A DNA stretch of 54,654 nucleotides from the NCBI GenBank assembly GCA_026026165.1, contig JAPEUD010000073.1, forward strand, positions 62,001-116,654, read 5' to 3'. This document shows positions 1-13,540 of the stretch, piece by piece. Positions within the stretch are counted from its first letter, which is position 1. Every line of letters starts with the position of its first letter. Origin of the DNA: Sarea resinae. Lineage: Eukaryota. A program made the translations under genes and the position numbers. The notes under the pieces were generated by a model, which made no database searches, was not told the DNA's origin, and was given only the letters and a program-made list of their open reading frames with translations.

Positions 1-2090
1 TCTTCCTTTTCCTTGAGAGCAATAGCGTTGGAAGCTGCTGCCTTCTTCTTATCAATGATGTCACGTCTGGCCAGAGCTTCTTGATGCTCCTTCTCGGCAC
101 CTGCTTGAGTCCGGGCGAGAGCTGCGGCCTTGGCCTGCTGTTGCACCTGATTGAAAGTTGGATCCACATATTGGCAGGTGAGATAAAGAGATTTCGCCAA
201 ACGAGTCAGTTGAGAGCGAACTATTTCAGCTGGTGTGCTCTGAAGTCGCTGCACTTTACTCGTCTCGCTCTCGGCGGAGCCAGCCCCAGAACCAGGATGA
301 AGTGCTTTGGCTGAGGAGAAGACATCAGAGTCAAACGTCAAGACGCCTGAAGCATGGTCGACCCGAATAGCCAGATCGCCCTTCTTGCAGCCGTTCATGA
401 TGAATTTTTCAATGCCACCGGAAGTAACTTGGAATGATTCCGGGAATTGAGCAAGGTCATAGACATACTTCAGTTCAACGGACTCGTAAACCTGGGATAA
501 CTGCTGGAAAAGACGTGTAAGGATTACTTGCTGCAAAGGTTCCACATATTTCTTCATTTCCTCGTCTTCCCCAATCTGAGTGAGGATAGGAGAAATCTTC
601 TTGCAGATTGACAGAGGATGGAAGTCGACTTCAAGAATGTTGTAGAGGTCACGAATTTCTGGCTTCGCACGCATGAGGAGACCCTTGCTCATAGCATCCT
701 TAAACAGAGCGGCTCGACTAGGAGCTTGAGACATGCCCAAAAGATTAGTAAGCCTAGTGTTCTTGTTTTTCTTGGCTTCATCGACGTCAACGAGGGCGCC
801 GCGAGAGCGTGAGGTGCTGATGACCGGGATAGACAAAGCGGACAAAAGCACGAACGAAGCGGCCTTGGTGAGGTCTCCCTCGGATACAGCAGGGTTGTCC
901 TTCTTGGAGCCCTGGCCGGAGGCAACTAAGTTGGCTGATTGACGGAGAAGACTGTAGTATCTGCTCCAGGCAGCGGCGTGGAAAAGATAATTTTCGCTTC
1001 TTAGGAAGATACGTGTGAGTTTTTCGTAATAATTTGCCATCATTGTGTTCTTGGCGGGGCGCTTGCTCAGATTAAGAAGGGTGTGAATGTCTTCTACGCT
1101 GCGGAAGGCTTCTTGCCATAGTTCGAGGTCGACAGCAACATTCAGCTGTTGGAATCGAGTGTCAAGATGGCGCTGAAGAGTGTCGGGGTCATTGAGGTTG
1201 ATTGCATGCATCTGCGATGAGTATTTGGCCGCATTTTGAAGGTGGTTCCTCAAGAGCTCACACAACCTTCGAAATTCAGTCTTTCGAGCGTACTTGAGGC
1301 AGAATTGGAAGGCCTGGAGAGCCGTCGTCTGATACATGACTTCTAGCCGGGCGTTGTTCCTCAAAATGTCGAGAACCGTTCGGTACGTCTCCCAGAGAAA
1401 CTTGAGCCATGGCGTCACGATCGCTCGATCAGTGCGGTCGCGAGACTGCTCCCCAGACACAGTCGAAAGGAGAATCGATTCTGGAGTCTCCGAAGCTTCG
1501 AGGTCGTCGACGTTGGCAGCTGATGCAGCGGATTCCAAGGATGACTGGACTTCATCGGCTTTGGCTTGAGCTTCGGTGACCTTTTGTTCTGCAAGTTCGA
1601 TGAATTTTTTGAGCACCATCTAAGAAGGGGGCAGAATTAGCATTCGAATCTTGTTGGGCTTTTTTGAATCTATGTGGCAAGAGAGAAGCTAGTGCAGCTG
1701 GGACGAAGACCATACCTCAATCGTGCCAACGTTGGTATTTTGCGCAATGTTTTTGTACTGGTATAGTCCATCCTTGGCCGACTTCCCTTTGCGGAGGTCT
1801 ACGCAGAGTTCGACGAACAGGATCATCACCGGCTCGAGGGCCGTGATGGGGCTGTTCCGGGTGCGTTTGGACGTTACATGTTCGTGAAGTAGGGACAAGG
1901 CAGCTTGAGCTTGCCCGACCCCGATGAGCTCTTGCGCGCGCTATTTCGAGGCATACAAATCAGTTCCAGATTCACGAGATAGCAGATCGAAACTCCAACG
2001 TCATCGCACGAGCTGAGTCTTGAATCGATCGGGGAAGCTATGACGAACCTTGAGAACATTCTCAGGCTTGGTATGGGGAGGAGGAGGCAT
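1..2090 (-). CDS. TIF32: Translation initiation factor eIF3 subunit A; 3' part runs off the window
   Basis: Spliced exons 2090-2049, 1940-1716 and 1619-<1 read [44 protein letters not shown]...[26 protein letters not shown], the conserved eIF3a N-terminus. Introns are GT-AG. Confidence 0.95.
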
Positions 2091-3929
2091 GCTGGGCAAC
2101 CTCCTCGAGGACCCGAAATTCGAATGAGGGCGACCGAACGGATGTTAGAAGAACTTTGATGAGGAGTTGTTCAGACGTGGATGGATCCGTAGTTGAAATG
2201 GCTGAAAATATCGATCGATAGTGATGAAGGGACGACAAATGTGCGATGAATGCTGTGGCTACAACCGACAACTTTCGGTAAGGTCAGGATTTGACGCAGA
2301 GGGTAAGCAGCCGTGCAACCCTTGAGCCGAGCTAGAAAGACGGTCACGTATTTCTTGGCCATTGTACTGAGGTATGATAAGATTCGAAAAGAATACTCTG
2401 CCTCAGCAATTGGAGATGACAGCAGAAGATGATCAACAACGAGAAGAACAACGAACTTCAAGATATCAAATCCTCATCAACGGTTTTCAGCTACGCTATA
2501 TAATCACTTTACAGCATTTGCACGTGTACCTAGTAGAGATATGTCGGTGAGGAAGGGAAGGTGGCCAGGCAGGCCAGTAAACTCAAGGACCACAACCCCC
2601 TAGATGAGACACCTAGTACTCCATACCGGAAGTACCTTAGTAATTAAATACGAGTAAGAAGACTTTGGAGAGGTACTCCCAAGAAACGGTGGCCAGAGTA
2701 AGCCAGACATGCCGAGTCTTCCAGAGAAGTCCCAAAAAGCCCCTGCGACTGGTAGGAAGGTAGCATTCCCATAACCGATTGTCACTGTAGTTGCATGAAA
2801 TGGTTCAGTCAGGATACTATGGTACACCTCCAATGGGAAGGCAGGGAGCCATGATGGGGTACAGCAAGGTAGGCAAGGAAGATCGAGTGTGGAAGCCACG
2901 CGACAGAATATGGGCTTTTCCCTTCAGGCACACAAACGTGGGTTGCCTCTCTCCCTCTAGTACTTACGATTTCCTTCCGGATAATAAGTTCCTTCACATA
3001 TGGATAGACCGGATCATTGTTTTCCTGCTGCCTGGATTGTTGTCTTCCATATCTGTAGTCTCCAGAGCTGCTCGAGGGTAATTTCGACAATTAGAAATTA
3101 GGTATGATGCCTTAGCTCACTCCGCGTGAGAGTACAGTACTGTAGCTCCGGACTTGCATCCACTACGAAATACAGTAGTACCTCAGAGAGAGAATCAAAT
3201 CCTCGCCTCAGACGCGGGTAGTACTCTAGTACCTAAGCAAGGTGTGGTAGAGGTAGGTAATCATTTGTAAGTAGGTCTATCTGACGAGATGCGGATACCC
3301 ACTGGCTTTTCTCCCGTCTGCTGTGCTCTGCTGTGCCTCTCCAACACACAAGACGGCTTCTCTTGTCAGAGATGACAGGAGGATCAGAAGATCCACAGCA
3401 GGGTGCCAGCCGCCGCGAATTGCTCCATCCGCTGTTGGATAGTCGGAGGGTTGATAGAAAGAGTTGTACGAAGTCAAAATGGCTTGGTGCGTCTTTTGAG
3501 GAAGACAACCTAATTGCAATCACCTACTCTCTGCCTTCTCCACCGGCAGCAATCCACTTATGTAGTGTTCGTCGCTTTGCAAGTTACGGGTAAGCTTCAT
3601 GGCGCAATTATAGGGGCGTGTCGAATCCCTGATGCCGCATTTCGCACCTCACGCCAACACCGACACTATCAACAGAAGCAGCATCAATCCGAAGCTCTGA
3701 AGCAAGTACGGATACAGTGTGGCAGCTAGCAGACTTAGTGCTTGTACGGAGTGTCGGAGTAGCCCTGGATGGAACTGTGTCCTCCCTTGTCGCGAAATCT
3801 GTGGCATGTTGAAGGAGAGAAGCGAAGTACTCCGGAGTATCCAGCTCTCCTGTAATGGACGTTTCGTATGTACTTCCCTTTCGTAGGTACGTACCTAGCC
3901 CTGAGGTACCTTCGCGAGCCTGATCCCGC

Positions 3930-4122
3930 CAGCCAACCGGCCAACCAACCAACCAACCAGCCAACAGGCTACCTTACCTACGGTATCTTGAACCTTACCT
4001 CCTACCTTACCACTGCTACTTGCTCTTACTCGTACTCGTACTCGTACTACTAACACTCTTTGACCTTCACGAGATAGATCCTCCCTTTCGTTCGTTCCTC
4101 GACGACGACGACGACGACGACA
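3930..4122. repeat. Microsatellite cluster: (CCAA)n, (TACTCG)n, (GAC)n
   Basis: ccaaccaaccaacc at about 3940-3958, tactcgtactcgtactcg at about 4027-4048 and gacgacgacgac at 4101-4121, in the divergent eIF3a/G-gamma intergenic region. Confidence 0.8.
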
Positions 4123-4778
4123 AAGAGCGAGTGAGAGAGTGCGTCAGAGGGCAGACCGACAACGATACGACGCAACACATTCCATCAAGTCTCTCCGCCG
4201 AATCCGTCTCAAGATCCGTCGTCTTCTTCAAGGTAGCTACACCTGTACAATTTCCTCCTAGCTCCCAATCATTTGAATACCCAATCCACGTCACTTCAAC
4301 CGCGAAGCAACGACGAGTCTGGCCCGCCCAGCTCGAACTCCGCCTCACTTTCATTCGCAAATCTTCATAGAGTGAAGCAGCAGACGTGGAACTGATCATC
4401 TCCTATCGCAGCGCCTTTGAGAGTCATCACCGTTTCCTGGGCCGTCAATCCTCATCGCTGGCATCGATCGTCATCCGTCACTCTCTGCCTTCCGTCGGCC
4501 CAATTGTCGATTATCGCTACAATCGAGAGCTCATCTTTCTCTTTCTACCTTGAGTGTCTAGCTATCAGCCCTTTCGCCTCCTGAAATTGCGCCTCACATC
4601 TCATCCGGACCTCATTTGTCACGACCTTCAGATCGCCTCGGCTTGCATTAACCTTTGCCCAATTCGATACCATTAAGTCGAGCACCAAGTTGCGCAAACT
4701 TTCGTATCTTCCCTACGTTGCTGCCTCGGCCATTACAACTCTTCCGTTCGCGGTCATCGATCGGCTTGAATCTGTTCC

Positions 4779-5193
4779 ATGATGCCTGCAACGTACGAAC
4801 TACGAACCGGCGATGTCAAGAATAAAAAGCAGAGTATGGCTGATCTGAAGCTTCGGCGTCTGACCGAGCTCAATCTGCGCCTGAGGGAGGATCTAGAGCG
4901 CCCACGAGTCAAAGTTTCGGACGCGGCCATGTCGTACGGCTTCCTCATTACTCACTTATATTCAAGTCAGCGTGGTCTAGCTAACGTCTCACCTTGATGG
5001 TTTAGGCTCATCGCATATACCAACCAGACCAAAGATTTCATGGTACCATCTATTTGGGGTTCGGTAAGTACATTGTATAGTGAGCGGTATCTAATGTTCT
5101 CTTGTGACTGACGAATTTCTGTGCTTGCAGGTGGACAAGCGTGAAGATCCGTATGCGCCGCAACAATCCGGCGGATGCTGCACGGTCATGTAG
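4779..5193 (+). CDS. gpgA: Heterotrimeric G-protein gamma subunit
   Basis: Exons 4779-4933, 5006-5063 and 5131-5193 give ...[75 protein letters not shown], ending in a CCaaX prenylation box. Confidence 0.96.
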
Positions 5194-5959
5194 TTCTCTT
5201 CTCGTGGCGGTTAATCCTTGCGAACGGCGTTGGTCTACTTGCGGCTCCTCTCTTTCATACCCACTGCGGATCCGGTGATTATTGTTCGCGTCGCCCAGCC
5301 ACAAAAGCGAATATCCTCATACTCGAGCTCAGATGAAGCGATTAAAGTCCAAGACTGAAAACGCCTCGTCAAGTTCTTTCGGCTTGTACCATACTTTCTC
5401 TATCTTAGAGGCCCATTCGATCGTCTTCTTCGCGGACCTCGGTCCCGCCGTCATATCCCGCCGTCATACCTCCCACGTCCTCGCTGTATTTCATTTGTGG
5501 CTTCCGTTGAAGGTTTCCTTGTCACTTCTAGTGTAATTATCAATTGAGGTTCTCTTCAATTTTGTCACCAGTAAAGTTCAATGTCTCCATTAAGCACGAT
5601 GAGTGAAGGCGATACCGCTCGCTAAAATCCCCTACGATGGTGCGTTACCCTTCTAAGTGGTTCGTGTCGGACCAATTGAGCTCGGCCGTGAGATGGACGC
5701 ATACGACTTTTGTTAGGTGGGTTTGAGTTTAAGTGAGATCAGGGGTGAAAGATTTAAGATAGAATGAGCAGCCGTCTCTGACCAGGGTGGATTTACTCCA
5801 CGTTGGCATCTTTTAAACCTATATGAAAATCAACTCTTATATATAGGCGACATGAGAGATGACGTGAACTTCCCGATTCCAAGTGTCCCACCAATGGTGG
5901 TATATACAAATCACAGGCAGCCCCCCGCATCAACTCTTCAAGAATTTTGAACTACAAGT

Positions 5960-6766
5960 ATGTCCGAGACAGTAACAAGGGAAAGCCATCTTGGAGATGC
6001 AGCAAAGAATGCTCTGGTCGCCCTTCCGCGCATCACCATCAAATTCTGTACCCAATGCAGGTGGATGCTCCGTGCAGCATACGTGAGTTGACTCATCCCA
6101 CACTCTCCATCGTTCTCCAAACGCCTTTCATATCACCTTGTGAAAATCACTACCTGGGTATGATTGGACTCTGCAGAGACTAATCCTGAATACGGTAGTT
6201 TGCCCAGGAACTTCTGTCCACATTTAGCACGTCACTCGGAGAAGTGGCTCTCATCCCATCGACTGGCGGCGTGTTCACCGTGGACATTTCTTTCTCTGCT
6301 ACATCAGGCCAAGGCTTAGAATCTTCATCAATTGCACATGAGACGGTGGCAACAAGGACGCTCTGGGATCGCAAGACGGATGGTGGATTCCCTGGTAAGC
6401 TGGTCTCTTCCCCGATCATGCAAGGACCTGCTACCCATTGTGTGGCCTCCCATTCATAGCGGCAGCGAGGCGATGAGACTGCCTGTTCCTCTTGCCAGCT
6501 AACAAGATTGCTTGGCCCTTTTTTTTATAGAGACGAAGGAGTTAAAAAAGCGCGTACGTGACATCATCGACCCCGGTCGTGACCTCGGGCACGTAGACGG
6601 AAAGAAAAGCGTTCCCTCTCGTACGACGGCAGATGCTTCGACACTAGGAGATTCGGCGCAAATGCGCATGGAGAGAATTAGCGCAGCCGCTGTTGGTAAG
6701 GATGGTGAGAAAGTCGAAGAGATTAAGCGGAACCTTCAGGGTCTCAGATGTGAAGACTGCGATTGA
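5960..6766 (+). CDS. Rdx family (SelT/SelW/SelH-like) redox protein
   Basis: Exons 5960-6082, 6199-6394 and 6531-6766 give LPRITIKFCTQCRWMLRAAY/FAQELLSTF..EVALIPSTGGVF..LWDRKTDGGFP/ETKELKKRVRDIIDPGRDLGH, with a CxxC motif. Confidence 0.92.
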
Positions 6767-7338
6767 TCGTTGGCGCTCATTGTATCAAATATTCTGATTG
6801 ATCTAAGAGGAGCTTGAGATAGCCTGCCAGTAGAAAGTGACGACGTCGCGAAATCTTTTGGTTACGACAACAAAACACGAGTGCAAATCGCCCTAACCAC
6901 ATTTGATTCACGTCGTACTTGATATCCTAACATAAATATTCTACATAAGAGTAATCTTTGCAGTCCGTTCGACAGAATTACATCGGGTGCCCCCTTCTCA
7001 GGTCAAGCGATTTCGACAATGCCGCAGGAGCTTACGGACTCATGATGAAACGGCCGCCCTTCAAAACGCCCAAAAGCTTATAAACCGTAAGTTCATGCAT
7101 GGATATTGCCGACACCTGAACGCCATGCAAAGCTTGCAGAAAAAGAGAAGAGCCGACCCGTGAAGTGAGTGATCCCTTAGGGCGGTACACCTTATCGAAT
7201 CGCTAACGAAGAAGATTACTGCCCGATTGATTGGATCTTCAGTTCCTGAGTTGAAATTTCCAAGCAAAAGCTGATGGAGTGATATGCTTGAGATTTTTGG
7301 AGGCCCCCTTTCCCGTTTCAGTATGATGAGGACAGGCG

Positions 7339-10300
7339 CTAAGGGGTTGCATCCTGCGCCCGGCTCTGTTTCCTCCAGAATCCCAACCTGAACCTACTGG
7401 GTCGGCGAGCTACAGTCCTTGCCTTTTGGCGGACAGAGCTTAAGACGCTGCTCTTCTCTTCGCCAGGCTGATCTAAATCAACAACCGCGGGCATGTCTGC
7501 CGTCTGCCCATCGCCATCATTTTTCTCCGAACAGCCTACACTCAGAGACGTCGCCTTGGTGCTGGGGGGGTAAGGAGGCGTATTGGCAGAGCTCGCGGTC
7601 TGGCTCGAACGCCTACGCGACGATGGGGCTGAGAAACGAGCTTGGCAATGCCCGTGTTCTGTCTGTTTCGTTTGCGCCGTTTCACAAGAAGTCGAACTTT
7701 CCGCACTTCCGGGGCTTGTGACTAGCACAGTAAGCAGCGAGTGGTCCCCACTCGCTCGTCTCCCTCGATTCTCTGGAGAGCAAGCAGCCCCTAACTGCAG
7801 CTGACTGGAGGCGGCATTTGATGAGTGACGAGATTGCAAACTTGATGCCAAGGCGCTTTGCAACGCACCTGATGATCTCCGGGAAGTAAGCCCAGGAGAC
7901 TGGCTAGGGAGGAACACCGATCCCAAGGAAGACCGACGAGCCTCGGTTTGCAATTGCGGATTCGTCACAGCTAGCTGCGTGAGCGCTCCGATTGAGGACC
8001 TGCGTGACGACGAAGAATCCTTCGTCATGGACAAACGCGACGAGGAGAGCGGCGACTGGCATGCACTTGGAATAACTTCAGAATATGATTCACTCGTTGA
8101 TGGAAAGATGGCCCTTCTCCCAGACCGAGGCGATGAGGAATCTTCAGATGAGGGCTTGCTTGTTTCTTCAGCTGCGGATCCCTTTCGTCGTTCTTCCGCA
8201 ATTTTTATCTCCCAAGTAGACTTGTTGGCCACAATTTCGTCTACCGTGAATTGCATTTCGGGTAGAATGACTGTGATTGCACCAAAGAGCGGATGCGCGA
8301 ATACGTTCATGAATCCAATTTGTGACTCTCCCATTTTGATGGTGGAGTCCCGAACCGGCGGGCCTCCGAACAGGGCCGTGGGCATTTGGAGAGCCAGCTC
8401 CATCGTCCCTTGGTGTGCAAATTCATCGGTTAGGATAGAGGCCCACCTAGCCGCTATCTCATATTTGCGAGCCTGCATTATTTAGAAAATACACATGATA
8501 GCTCGACAGGGTTACTTACCACATTACTAATATCAGCACACTTTATCAAGAGCCCACAGACCAAAGTCCTGTAGTGATCAAATTGCTGCGGAGGCCAGTT
8601 GCGCACGTTACCATCTTCAGCAAGCTTCGCCTGCAAGAGGCCCAAGTCTTTCATATAGTCAAAGTGGACACCCATATCAGTGGCTAATATGGAGCTTATC
8701 AGGAGCTTGCGCATACTGCTGTTTGTGAAAGCCGCAGGCCAGTAACGTCGCAGAATTTGAGAGTATGCAGCACAGTGGAAGGATTCTAAGACAGACTTGT
8801 CGTTGTACAGCTGTGCTAGAGGTGCATTGAGAGCAATCAAGAAGGCGTTGTTGACACCCGGATGCCCAACATCGTGACCTATGGCAGCCACAAGTAGGGT
8901 CAAGCCGTCGAATGGGCGTAGCAGCGAAGCTGCCTGAGAAGTCGATGCATTGTGCTGTCCATGTTGCTTTTTCGCGTTATAAGGCAAGAGCGTCCCTAAT
9001 CGGAGTAGGAAACAGAAGATAGCCTGGAGCACATCGATAACGTGACGGAAATTATGGTATAAAACGAAAGAGTTGTAGGCCGCCCTACAGGCCATCAAAA
9101 ATGCAATGATATCGCCTGCAGCTTCGCGTCAATTATCGGTTTGCAGTATAAGGTAGTGCCAGCACGTGACAAGCTTGTTCCGACTGACCTGTAGGCATCC
9201 GAAATTGCGAGAGTTCGGGCATTCGCAGTGCATGTTCTAGTATCAACAAAGCAGCATAGAGCAACTCGTCATCAGAGAAGTCGTGGGCCGAGAAGCTCCA
9301 ATTACCGATCGCATCTGCTACTTTATCTCTTCGTTCAGACGAAACAGGAAGACACCTGGAAAATATTTGAGAAAAGATAACCTTAATAGAGGATTATGTT
9401 ACATACTCATGTTGCGATCTCTCGATAGGATCGTCGGGTTTGCATATTCCGTTCAAAAGAGTTGAGACCCTAGGCCAGACGATCAGTAAGAGATACAATG
9501 GGCACTACCGAAGTGAAAGGTATGGATACTCACATAGCCTCCCTCAGGTAAGCATATGGCTTTTCTTCCTCCACACCGACCCACGATCGCTTTCTATAGT
9601 GCTTCGCACCAAGAATACGAGACTCTTCATTTGCCGCTTGCCTTTGCAGGCGGTGGGTGTGAACAGCCACGCCCAGAAGGCGATCCTGAGTCAAAGGGCT
9701 AGCAAAGGCATCCGCAGCCCCAGCCTCAAGGCATTGCAATAGGCGCACAGATGTTGGAGGCTCCCGATTTGTTTCCTCCGTGACTGTTGGAGACCCCTCG
9801 GTTGTGGCTTCAATCACTGCAATGGGCACAATAGTCTTGCGCCATACACGACTGTCGTTGTCAGCCGTCACATGCCGAAGCAATTCCATACCATGGGATT
9901 CCTCTAGCTGATGAGAATTCGGCGTCGCTGGAAAGCTTTGAAGCTTCGTTGTTTGTGAGTCGCACCTCATACCCACTCGGTGATCGCCTGGTATGTCGAC
10001 AATGATGATGATCGGTCTCGCATCATCCGAGTCTTGTAATTCGGCAATCCTGGCACGACAAGATTTCTCGGAATTGCACAGATAGACTGTTTTCAGGTCA
10101 GCTGGAGCACACGCATTGATGGTGGTTTAAGCCCATTTGCCAAGTAGACATTCGGCTGGAAGCCATTCAGGTACGAATTTCCTTCATGGGGGCTCGAAGA
10201 CGGGACGAACCTTGGTTGAAAGTCGAAAGGATAATTCCAACGTTCTCACTGATGGGCCCCGAGTCTCGTCCCATGCTGGCCAACGCAGGCATATCCATCA

Positions 10301-10358
10301 ACCTCTCCTCTCGAATTCTTCTATCGAGATAGATTACATCGTAGTATTGATAATCCAT
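7339..10358 (-). CDS. PDE2: High-affinity (class I) cAMP phosphodiesterase
   Basis: HD-domain motifs YHNFRHVIDVLQA, GHDVGHPGVNN, SVLESFHC, ILATDM and KCADISNV. The N-terminus MDYQYYDVIYLDRR starts at 10358. Multi-exon, with a Ser-rich C-terminal tail. Confidence 0.93.
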
Positions 10359-13300
10359 GATTTCGTTAGGACCGTAAGACAAAACCAAAGCAAAGAAATC
10401 ACAAGCTGTAGATTGCTAGTGAAAAGCCCGAGATATACCGACGGCCCGGCTTGATTATTGGAGTGTGATGCGCGTGTGTAGAGGGAGGGAGCTTTTACAA
10501 TGTCTCAGAGTGGGGCTCTGTGGGGTGAAGCTCTCTTGTCGATAGACCCGATGCTTTAGATGGCCCAGGTAGCTATTCGTCCACTTTAATCCAAACAGAA
10601 GGTATTATTAGTGGAGTCTGATGATTCTGGCAAGGAAGAAGACGAAATCGAGGAGAAGTCGAGGAAAGAATATGATAATGTCGTAAAAGCTATCAGCTTT
10701 GGTGGCCTTTTAGTCGTGAAATATATAGCTGGTCTTTGGTGATCTCCACTGGCGGTGTAGTTCCAGCCCGTCTTCTCAATCGCTTGCACCCCCTATCTGC
10801 TGTGCCCTTTTATACAGTGTAATCGTCACAGCGATGATTCGTGGCCAGATATCGACCCGTATCGACTTTGGGCACAGCAAGAAAGCCCGCCCCAACAACG
10901 TGTCTCTCGCAAGGTCGAAGGGAGTATGTATGTAGAAGGGCCCAAATAGTCGTATTAAGATAGCGCGACTATAGCAAACCACGGAGACTTCCCAATTGTT
11001 CTGGTGGTGCCAGCCAATATGTACAATGGCACGTGAAGATTCGGAATTGGCAAGGCCCTCGTTCAAGCAAGGTCTGGAAAAGGCTTGCAACTGGTGTAGG
11101 TGTGAAGAAGTCAAATCGACCACAATCAAGATGTAATGGCGCCGTCAATCTCTCGCTGACACAGTCCGGTCTGTTTGCGGGCGCAGAATTTTGCGGTATG
11201 TGGAGTGGGGTGGTCGTAGATAATATAAGCCTCAGGCACAAACAAAGCGCATATAGTCAAGGCGGCGCCAGCGTCGCACGCACGAGAGCAAGAAATCTGG
11301 CAACATCCGGGACGACCTTGAAGCCGACCGGCACCGATGAGATGATAGGGGTCCGCGACACTGCGGCTGCGTAGAAAACGGCCGGAGATGCTATTCCCAA
11401 GACTGACTCAAATGCACAACAGACTTCGACTCCGGCTGGTGCTGGTGCTGGGACTCTCCTCTGTTGTCTTATCGGGCTGTGGCCGGATATTCGAGGAGAC
11501 GTAGATCGAATGAAAGGAGCGATTCTTCGAGGTCGTAAGATTGATTGGAGGAAGCTGAGATGAGGCGTGTGATTGTCTTTGAGCTGAGAGATGGAGAACG
11601 TCGAGTCGAAACGGCAGCGATCTTTGAGACATTTGGGTTTGGGGTCTGGGTTTAGGTTTAGGTTGGGGAGGAGGGGAGGGGGGGGGTGTGTGTGTGTGGG
11701 AACGATGGATGATGGCGCCGGTACCAGTGGGTTGCGAAGGCGTGCAGCGGAGGAGTGGGGAAGCTCCTTCCAGAAGGGCGGCTCTGAAATGGCGCATGGC
11801 GGAATGGCGAATAGAATAGATGGAAGCCTCTTAGTATTACTACTACGCAGGATATGTGAGATAGAACGGAAGGTTCCTAAACCCCGGGCGAGCTTTCTTT
11901 GGTGCTAATGTACGAAGTACGGAGCAGGCAAGGTAAGGCTACCACGTCTTGAAAAGACGGATAGGGTAAGTACGGGATACTAGTACGGAGTACATATTCC
12001 GGAGTACTCTCCAGGGCTATCCGAACAAAGGAAAGGTACCTAAGGTAACGTGCTGCCTGATGCAAGTATTCCTCTACACGGTAGAGTCGGGTACCCTACC
12101 TACCGACCGTGCCTGAGATACAGTGAAGGCACCTACTCGTGCGTACCTCGAATCATTTCACGTCAAGTGGAAATGATCAAAGGGGTTAGGTACTCGAGTA
12201 CTCCGGAGGTACCATGAGCAAATAGCCTAACACCTTACGAGGCAATCACGATACCTGAGATCATGGATATCCATGGCCTATTAATATTGTCTCTGTCGTG
12301 ATACCTCATACCTTCCCTGATCGAAAGAAGAAGATTGAGAAGAGCGTCTTGGTTGTCAAGGCTCCTGGCTAGTCATCCGATCGATGTGATTTGTTGCGCT
12401 CTGATATCCCTGCCTATATCGAAGCGCGAGCTCGCCTTTTTCGATTTGCCCTCTTTGATTACCTACCTGATGTATCGTAAGTACTCCAGAGTACCCTACT
12501 TCCATCGTCAAAGGTGGGCATTCAGTCCCTTGTCCACCAACGGGACCGACAAAGGATCTTGCTTTCGACGCGTGTTGTCCTCTGCTGCCATGTAGGATAG
12601 GACCTTTGGAGTATTGGTATGCAAACCAACATCAGTTCTATGTACAGCGTGAGAGAAAGGAAAGACACTGAATCAACGCGCTATCCGATCCATGAGAGCC
12701 AAACATACATCAAGACAAGAAAAGGCAAGATGTTCAGAACTAAATACAGATCCTGTTCTACTCCGTACATAGTACGAGGGCACAAGATAGATATTCATAT
12801 AGGAAGGACCATGGACGTTTATACCTGCCGACCTACGTATAAAGTACAAGGTGCCATGATTACCAATTTACCTACTTCGACTGCCTTAAAACTCATTGCA
12901 GATCTATCGCGGATCAGAGATGCCTATTCGAGAAAGGCGAGCGAGTCATCTCTGCTTCTAGAAGCATCCCGAAATATCTTACCAATCAGGTGTCCTCACC
13001 ATTTCCTGATCTTGATAGCTATCATCGAGGCGGTGAACTGCATATTACCTTACCGTATTTATGAACCTTTGTCCATCGTAGGTGTCGAAAGACGAAAAGG
13101 AAAAGGACGTACTTGTAATGGTTTACCTCAAGGAGTACTCCTCAGCCGAGGGAAAGCTCCGATCCAACGAACCTTATCTCTCGAGTACTTTCTCGAGCAC
13201 CTCCAAAGGGGGCGCTTGGTATCCTACATCGTGATTACGAGTACAATATGATGCATATACGTTCCTGTTTGGAAACCCCGATATTGCTAGAGCAGATAGA

Positions 13301-13540
13301 TCAACACAAAGTGGTAAGGAAGAGTGCTCGAGATGCAAGATAGGTAGCCACTAAGTATTGGGATATCTCCATGACGGACCAGGATTGGTATTTTGCACTT
13401 CCTGGAGAAGGTACGAAGTACACGATACAAAAACCGAGCAATCTTACAATACACCAGTACTGTTTGGTCTATGTCCTGTGCCCAGCGGTAGTACGTGAAT
13501 CATACAGAAAAAACGCCAAATTGCATGCCTCCAGATCTTT

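Noticed and set aside
81..1846. Plus-strand ORFs over eIF3a, and similar antisense ORFs over PDE, Yta7, Nto1 and the hydrolase
   Set aside because: These are shadow frames of real genes.
5960..6766. Possible selenoprotein
   Set aside because: The redox motif is CTQC with no in-frame TGA, so this is the Cys homologue.
11408..11908. Overlapping low-complexity ORFs
   Set aside because: They derive from G-rich, (GT)n and (TTTAGG)-like tracts in the PDE upstream region and have no protein features.
12619..13251. 210-aa plus-strand ORF
   Set aside because: No recognisable motif. It lies in GTAC-rich intergenic DNA and is probably a chance ORF.
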